From the NCBI RefSeq assembly GCF_006345805.1, contig NC_043009.1, positions 64,914,001-64,978,000 of the forward strand: a DNA stretch of 64,000 nt, given 5' to 3'. The DNA comes from Octopus sinensis. Lineage: Eukaryota. Below, piece by piece: positions 56,726 to 64,000 of the stretch (positions are counted from its first letter, which is position 1; each line of letters starts with the position of its first letter). The notes under the pieces were generated by a model. The model was not told where the DNA came from. It did no database searches and was given only the letters and a program-made list of their open reading frames with translations. A program made the translations under genes and the position numbers.

Positions 56726-57711
56726 GGTATTTGCCAGGGAATGTTGTATTTCCTAATCTCTTTCTTTCTTTCTTTCTTTCTCGTTTTCTTTTTCTTTTTC
56801 CTCATTTTGTGATTTTGTTTTGTATTTTTTTTCATTCATAATTTTAGAATATTTTAAAATTTGAAAATAAGTCTTTAAGCGAAATTGATGTAAAACGTAG
56901 CTAATTCTCGACATAAGTAAAAATCCCACACACGGGGGGGGGGGGGCGAGAATCGAACTACGCCTCCGCCGAAAGTCGGACATCGTTCTGTCTATCTCTA
57001 TTCGCCCCCCTCTCTCCCTGTTTCTGTCTCTTTTCTCCTCTCTCACTCCCTCTCCGTTTCTTCCCCCCCTCTCTCTCTCTCTTTCTCTCCCACACACACT
57101 CGCGCTCTCCCTCTCACACCGTGACTATTAATTCTCAGGCACAGAAATATTTGATAATATGTGCTAATGGAACGTTAATTAATTTCTAATGAATAAGATC
57201 TCTTGTTAATTTATTCCTCATCAGCAACTCGTTATCATCTTAAACAGGGCCATAGTAAAGGTACTTTACTCGCCAGTTTCGGGGGAGGGAAAAATTACAC
57301 TGAAGATATACAGCGATACAAGAACATACACATATACACACATGAACACACACTCATAAACGCATACGTATATTCATATGTATTATAGTTGGTAGAGGAG
57401 AATCAGATATTCTCCGCAGAGAATTCACTCAGCAGTGCTCAAGAGAATTAAGCTTGAGCGGATAGAGAAGTAAAATTTAGGGATAAGCGAGTTGGAAACA
57501 GCTGTGGGGATTTGTAATGCTTTTCTTTAACCCCTTTTTTTCATAACTAGCAGAACCTCGGAAGAAGTAATTGCCCAAACGAGGGTTAATCTGCTAGCTA
57601 ATCGTAGGGCCAAAGATAGCTTAATCAAATGAAGTTAACATTGTCGTCAAGAGATCCCATGTTGACTGGGAGGAGATTCGACTGGAAATGCGTGGAAAGC
57701 ACAGAGTGAGA

Positions 57712-57816
57712 GAAGAAGAAGAAGAAGAAGAAGAAGAAGAAGAAGAAGAAGAAGAAGAAGAAGAAGAAGAAGAAGAAGAAGAAGAAGAAGAAGAAGAAGA
57801 AGAAGAAGAAGAAGAA
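57712..57816. repeat. (GAA)35 uninterrupted
   Basis: direct reading. Confidence 0.95.
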
Positions 57817-58025
57817 GGAAAGCGTGTCTGCGAAGAGATAATCTATGGAAGTGGGGAAATGTCTGAACTTGTTAAGGAAAAGAATAAGAATAGGAAAAGG
57901 AAGAAGAAAGAGTGAGGGGAGAGGACTAGGGAGAAAGGGCCTGGTGTTGATGAAGGGAACGTCTTTGTGAATTTAGGGTGGGGGTCATTTAATGAGTCTA
58001 CCGTAGAATGAATAAGTAAATATAG

Positions 58026-58058
<33 letters not shown>

Positions 58059-58192
58059 TAGAGAGACAGACAGATTGACAGTCAGACTGAGAGACATACA
58101 TATATACATACATACAGACAGATAGACAGATAGACAGACAGACAGACAGATAGATAGACAGGTAGATAGATAGATATATAGATAGATAGATA

Positions 58193-58231
<39 letters not shown>

Positions 58232-58756
58232 GTGGATAGACAGACAAAGAGATAGACAGACAGACACACAGAGAGGCAGACAGATTGTCAGTCACACTGA
58301 GACATACAGACTGACAGACAGACAGACTAGTTTACGTGTCTGTTCCTAAGAGAAAGCTATTAAGGTATCGGCTGAGCTGTCATTTTGATAAACTAGATGC
58401 AGGTCAAGGTTTTCTGAAGCCGATATCAATATAAAGAAGCTCGCCTCTCGATTCTTCTAAGCAAATCTCAAAGATGGACGAAGCAACAACTGATTTTGTT
58501 TCTGACGAAGAGAAACCAGAAGTCATACCTGAAGGTAATCAACTGCATTTTTAAAATTCATTTCTTGAATTTAATTAGTCTACAGTTGAAGTAGTTGATC
58601 TAATAGACTTTTAGACTGGTTTTGATGATGTTGTTTAGGAAGAGGTCGTTCCGGAATGACCACCACTTCTTGTTTTCAGAGATTTTAAAAATTCAGTCGT
58701 ACGAGTGTCCACACACAAGGCCTAATTTTAGTTCAACATATACATACATACATACA

Positions 58757-59049
58757 TCTTTATATATAAAAGTAAGGTTGTGTGTCTGTTTACTCCGATT
58801 TAGATTCCTAACTACTCCCACATTTTGCGGTGCAGTTTAACCAAGACCGAGTATCTTATAGTCGTGATTCATATCAAGCCTTTCTGGTATTAGCGCGCGT
58901 CTACGATGAGTCAACGATTTAAAAAAAAATTTACCATAATTTTTTTCCATTTTTAATGCATTTTTTGCTATTTTTTGACTATAACTCTCTAAAAATGCTT
59001 TATAGTTATTTCCCTTACAAACCCGAGCAACGCCGGGTGATACTGCTAG
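58757..59049 (+). mobile_element. Non-autonomous Helitron (293 bp)
   Basis: A|TCTTTATATATAAAAG 5' end; subterminal hairpin CCCGAGCAACGCCGGG; CTAG|T 3' end. Confidence 0.8.
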
Positions 59050-59680
59050 TACATAAGAAAATAGGGTAATAAAAAATAAAATATTATTGCCCGTGGCCTA
59101 GCACAAAAGACGAATTAGTCATTAGACTATATATTATTCATATAGAAATATAATAAAAAGGTTTCCAAATAAGGAAACGTTGTGCTAGACACACAAAAAG
59201 GGATAAATTCATGGAAGGAATGTAAATTAAAAACATTTACCATCTCAGCTATATCCCAGACAAGGCAAATACATACGTACATACATACATACATACATAC
59301 ATACATACATACATACATACATACATACACATAAATACATATAGATATGCACGCATATATAGAGACAGGCATGCGTACACATAAATATGTATATATTAAA
59401 TGCTCGAAATACGAGAGTAGAAAAACAGCCGACAACTGATGAAGGGTCGTTCTTTATGTTGTTTGTTTTGTTTTCCATTTGTGTCTTTCGTTGTTCGAAG
59501 AAAAAGTTCATATTCCGTGTCTTCATACTTCGTATTTTTTGTTGAATACGTTTCGTGACGTCTTGTGCTCACATATGCATATATGTATATGTGTGTGTGT
59601 GTGTGTTTGTGTATGTATATATACGTATAGATGTATGTACGTATAGTATGCATATATACACATATATATATTATTCATAT

Positions 59681-59714
<34 letters not shown>

Positions 59715-59945
59715 ATATATAATATATATATATATATATAATATATATATATATAACATTATATATAAGGGCTTAATAAAATAAATTACTTTGCCACATA
59801 CTGAACTCATTAGAAATAGCAGCTAAAGAAATTTCTTCAGCTATTTCTAATACTTAAAGAAGATCTCTCTCAGATAGTGTTTGCCTAAACTAACTCACAA
59901 AAGTATGGGGGAAAAAACATTAAAAAATCAAGTGCAAAGGTTATT

Positions 59946-59997
59946 TGAGAACGTACGTTTCTAGATTAGTCAATTCGACATTTCTTTCTTCAGCTCA
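59946..59997 (-). ncRNA. Minimal type I hammerhead-like motif (family B, antisense copy)
   Basis: Exact reverse complement of the 60747 motif. Confidence 0.68.
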
Positions 59998-60746
59998 GAA
60001 TTCCTTGAATCGGATTTGGGAACACTGAAAGTCGGGAGCATACCCTTTCGGCTTCTAATCACCTCTAGAATTCTGCTCGAACTAAAAGTGCTATCAAATT
60101 CGAATATACAAGCGAAGAATTTCTGCTCTCCCCTTTCCACCAGCGTGGGTTAAAATTGACAAACACCATGTATTAACGGTGAAAACCGCAGCATTTAGCA
60201 GAGAAAGATGAATTATAATTTCAACAATTGAGGGTAAAATTAATTAATTATTAATCAATTTCACCAAGTATTCAGTATGTAAAGGGACCATTATAGGCGA
60301 ATTCAAAATATTACATTATATATAAGGGCTTAGTAAAATAAATTACTTTGCCACATACTGAACTCATTAGAAATAGCAGCTAAAGAAATTTCTTTAAGTA
60401 ATTTATTTTACTAAGCCCTTATATATAATGTAATATTTTGAATTCGCCTATAATGGTCCCTTTACATACTGAATACTTGGTGAAATTGATTAATAATTAA
60501 TTAATTTTACCCTCAATTGTTGAAATTATAATTCATCTTTCTCTGCTAAATGCTGCGGTTTTCACCGTTAATACATGGTGTTTGTCAATTTTAACCCACG
60601 CTGGTGGAAAGGGGAGAGCAGAAATTCTTCGCTTGCATATTCGAATTTGATAGCACTTTTAGTTCGAGCAGAATTCTAGAGGTGATTAGAAGCCGAAAGG
60701 GTATGCTCCCGACTTTCAGTGTTCCCAAATCCGATTCAAGGAATTC

Positions 60747-60798
60747 TGAGCTGAAGAAAGAAATGTCGAATTGACTAATCTAGAAACGTACGTTCTCA
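60747..60798 (+). ncRNA. Minimal type I hammerhead-like motif (family B), predicted cleavage after 60794
   Basis: TGAG-CTGAAGA-AAGAAATGTCGAATTGACTAATCTA-GAAA-CGTACG-TT-CTCA: stem I TGAG/CTCA, palindromic stem III ACGTACGT; stem II closes on an A.A mismatch. Confidence 0.68.
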
Positions 60799-61302
60799 AA
60801 TAACCTTTGCACTTGATTTTTTAATGTTTTTTCCCCCATACTTTTGTGAGTTAGTTTAGGCAAACACTATCTGAGAGAGATCTTCTTTAAGTATTAGAAA
60901 TAGCTGAAGAAATTTCTTTAGCTGCTATTTCTAATGAGTTCAGTATGTGGCAAAGTAATTTATTTTACTAAGCTCTTATATATAATGTAATAGTTTGAAT
61001 TCGCCTATAATGGTCCCTTTACATACTGAATACTTGGTGAAATTGATTAATAATTAATTAATTTTACCCTCAATTGTTGAAATTATAATTCATCTTTCTC
61101 TGCTAAATGCTGCGGTTTTCACCGTTAATACATGGTGTTTGTCAATTTTAACCCACGCTGGTGGAAAGGGGAGAGCAGAAATTCTTCGCTTGCATATTCG
61201 AATTTTTAGCACTTTTAGTTCGAGCAGAATTCTAGAGGTGATTAGAAGCCGAAAGGGTATGCTCCCGACTTTCAGTGTTCCCAAATCCGATTCAAGGAAT
61301 TC

Positions 61303-61354
61303 TGAGCTGAAGAAAGAAATGTCGAATTGACTAATCTAGAAACGTACGTTCTCA
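61303..61354 (+). ncRNA. Minimal type I hammerhead-like motif (family B, second sense copy)
   Basis: Identical to the 60747-60798 motif, 556 bp downstream. Confidence 0.68.
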
Positions 61355-61645
61355 AATAACCTTTGCACTTGATTTTTTAATGTTTTTACCCCCATACTTT
61401 TGTGAGTTAGTTTAGGCAAACACTATCTGAGAGAGATCTTCTTTAAGTATTAGAAATAGCTGAAGAAATTTCTTTAGCTGCTATTTCTAATGAGTTCAGT
61501 ATGTGGCAAAGTAATTTATTTTACTAAGCCCTTATGTATAATGTAATATTTTGAATTCGCCTATAATGGTCCCTTTACATACTGAATACTTGGTGAAATT
61601 GATTAATAATTAATTAATTTTACCCTCAATTGTTGAAATATATAT

Positions 61646-61695
<50 letters not shown>

Positions 61696-62135
61696 GTGTC
61701 TGGGGAGAATCATTTTCTTTTTGTGCCTTATAATTTAACACACTCACCAGTAAAATTTCCCCTTATTTCTTATTTATTTTCCTAAAATTTTCGTTGCATC
61801 TTGCAACCTTTTCAATAGTTTTGACTCTGTTCGTTTTAATTAAAGCATTTCTGCAAGTAAGGGAGACAATTTGTGTCATTTTTCAGTCTTATTAAACCGT
61901 CGAAGAACAGATTAACTGCATTTGTCGACTGACGAAAGAATCACTAAACAAATGTAAAATACGGAACAAAAATAATCGTAAAAATTAGCATATTTTTGTT
62001 TGTTTGTGCGCATGTGTGTGGGTCAGTGTGTGTGTGAGTGTGCGATGCATGCATGCATATACGTAAGTATGTATGTATGTATGTATGTATGTATGTATGT
62101 ATGTATGCATGCATGTATGTATGTATGTATGTATG

Positions 62136-62166
<31 letters not shown>

Positions 62167-62273
62167 GTATGTATGTATGTATGTGTGTATGTATGTATGT
62201 ATGTATGTATGTATGTATGTATGTATGTATGTATGTATGCATGCATGTATGTATGTATGTATGTATGTATGTG

Positions 62274-62304
<31 letters not shown>

Positions 62305-62989
62305 GTATGTATGTATGTATGTGTGTATGTATGTATGTATGTATGTATGTATGTATGTATGTATGTATGTATCTATCTATCTATGCATGTGTGTGTGTGT
62401 ATATATGTGTGTATGCATATGTATATATGTATGTGTGTGTGTGCATCTGTATGTATGTATCCTGCATATTCATGTGCTTGCATGTCTGTGTTTGTGTATT
62501 TTCTATGTATGTGTGTGTATGTGAGCGTGTGTTTGTATACGTATGCACCTTTGTCTCCTCGTGTGTGCATGTCTGTGTGTGTATGTCTGTGTGTGTGTGT
62601 GTGTGTGTGTATTTTGCAACTATGTACCATGTGTGTATGTATGGCTGTGCATCTCTATATGTGTGGACCCGTGTCTCCGCATATGTCCTTGTGTGGAGTA
62701 AAGATGTGTGTGTGTATATATAGTCACGTGTTTCAGTCTCCATTTGCGTATGTCTGCTTGTCTGTTCCTATAACCTATGTACCTATCCATCTGTAAGTTG
62801 ATCTGTTTATTTTCATGTCCATATGCTTACATACAAACAAAAAAAAATTAAAAAACAAATAAATACATGTGCATACACACACACACCCACGCACACACAT
62901 ACATCTATCTACATAACAGTCCACTAACTATTCTACTCTACCTGTGTAAACTGTGGGTATGAAGGTATAATATTTACTATGTATATTTC

Positions 62990-64000
62990 CTATTTAGTAT
63001 TGGGGAGGTTTCATTTATAAGGTCTTACTTCCGTATTTGTGTGAGTGTTGGGTCTTTTGGGTGCTTGGATAAGATGCGGATGTCAAGTTAACCCAGGTTG
63101 CCTCCATGTTGGTCTTTAGCATATTGGTAGAGTAAGGAGGACTGTTTTTTGTCGTCATATTGTCTCAAATGATCATTTAGTCTTTCCGCAATGCTCCTAG
63201 ATGTCTCCCCTATGTACGTCATGTTCATGTCTTTACAAGCACCTTCTATGCATCTTATGCTGTAAACTACATTTCGAGTTCTACAGTTAATACCAGGGCT
63301 AATTCTACATACCATGCAGTTATCATTGGTGCATATGGTATTCTCAAAGGGGTACGTCCTACATAGTTGGGATCTGAATGAGTTCCCTGGCTTTACAAAA
63401 ATCTTAATATTGAGTTTGGTTTCCTTCAGACCTTTTCTAAATCTACGGGCTAGTTCTCCATGGGCTGTGGCCTCTACAAATATCACTCCTTGATATTTGT
63501 CGGTTTTATACCACGTGTTCGCCCTGTTTGCTTTGTCACAAGTTCTTTGTATCCTATTCCATTCTTTGTTTCTATATCTAGGGCAGGTACCACTGATATT
63601 ACGTATAATGTTATCTAATTTCTTTCTAGCCCCCACCCTGTACACTCGAATCGTATCTTTCTGATCATATCCAGAGAACTGTATGCGATGCATGAAGTTC
63701 TGTATATGTTTTTTGTTTTTATTTCATAGGGTTCGCATAGTGGGGTCACATTGTTCATTATTCAAAGTCTGCTATCAGTATGTTAATTTTCGTGTTGCGT
63801 GACAAAGCTGAGTTCTTGTGAATAACATTTTGAAGTCATGGGTTTCATGTAATAAGAGAGGAGGAGCTGCACTCTATTGTTCACAGTTTCTAACCAAAGT
63901 TCAGTTTCAAGTACAGGGAATCTATTGTTGGGGTGCTTAGTGGGGTAATCTATAGTTACCTTGATACTTTGGTGGATGGAGTCAGCTATTTGCTGGATGC
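62990..64000 (-). mobile_element. Penelope-like retroelement remnant: RT C-terminus plus GIY-YIG endonuclease; runs off the window
   Basis: ORF 63088-63693 contains C..C....C...NVVYSIRC...YIGETSRSIAERLNDH (GIY-YIG). Upstream frameshifted frame reads SIKVTIDYPTKHPNNRFPVLETELW...YYMKPM (RT C-terminal-like). Frameshifts and a stop indicate a dead copy. Confidence 0.85.

Larger units (their letters stand above)
59756..61639. mobile_element. Hammerhead-bearing tandem array, family B (about 557-bp unit)
   Basis: 59756-60394 is about 1.15 units in one orientation; 60396-61639 is about 2.2 units in the other (AAGTAATTT at 60396, 60953, 61509); only a few differences between copies; (TA)n on both flanks. 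Confidence 0.85.

Noticed and set aside
61139-61330. Small ORFs within family B units (63-64 aa)
   Set aside because: The frame is not kept open in sister copies (TGA at the GAATTTGATAGC variant) and no domain is recognisable.
53941-61639. CRISPR array or centromeric-type satellite interpretation of the tandem units
   Set aside because: No short repeat-spacer pattern or cas genes; only 2-3 copies with an inversion, in eukaryotic context.

Overview
Eukaryotic, AT-rich, repeat-saturated DNA. The SINE, microsatellite and Penelope-like landscape suggests an octopus-like cephalopod; this is inference and was not verified. One host gene is supported: an 8-exon SLC22-family (organic ion transporter, MFS fold) gene on the + strand, 31605-47070. 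All seven GT-AG introns keep the frame (532 codons plus stop counted from 31607), but no start ATG is visible. Nearly all other ORFs in the track are microsatellite or SINE artefacts. The rest of the window is tRNA-headed SINEs of at least 4 families, decayed R4/Dong, mariner, Tc1 and Penelope-like (GIY-YIG) retroelement pieces, hAT, Tigger-like and Helitron non-autonomous elements, and simple repeats. The main hunt result, read by eye, is 11 well-formed type I hammerhead-ribozyme motifs plus degenerate ones, from several sequence-unrelated families. Six lie in two young non-coding tandem arrays (about 530-bp units at 53.9-55.5 kb, about 557-bp units at 59.8-61.6 kb) with one ribozyme per unit. 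Both arrays are inserted in (TA)n and built as an antisense segment followed by sense copies. This looks like a Penelope-mobilised, retrozyme-like system. Ribozyme activity is predicted, not shown. Coordinates of decayed repeats are approximate (roughly 10-20 bp).
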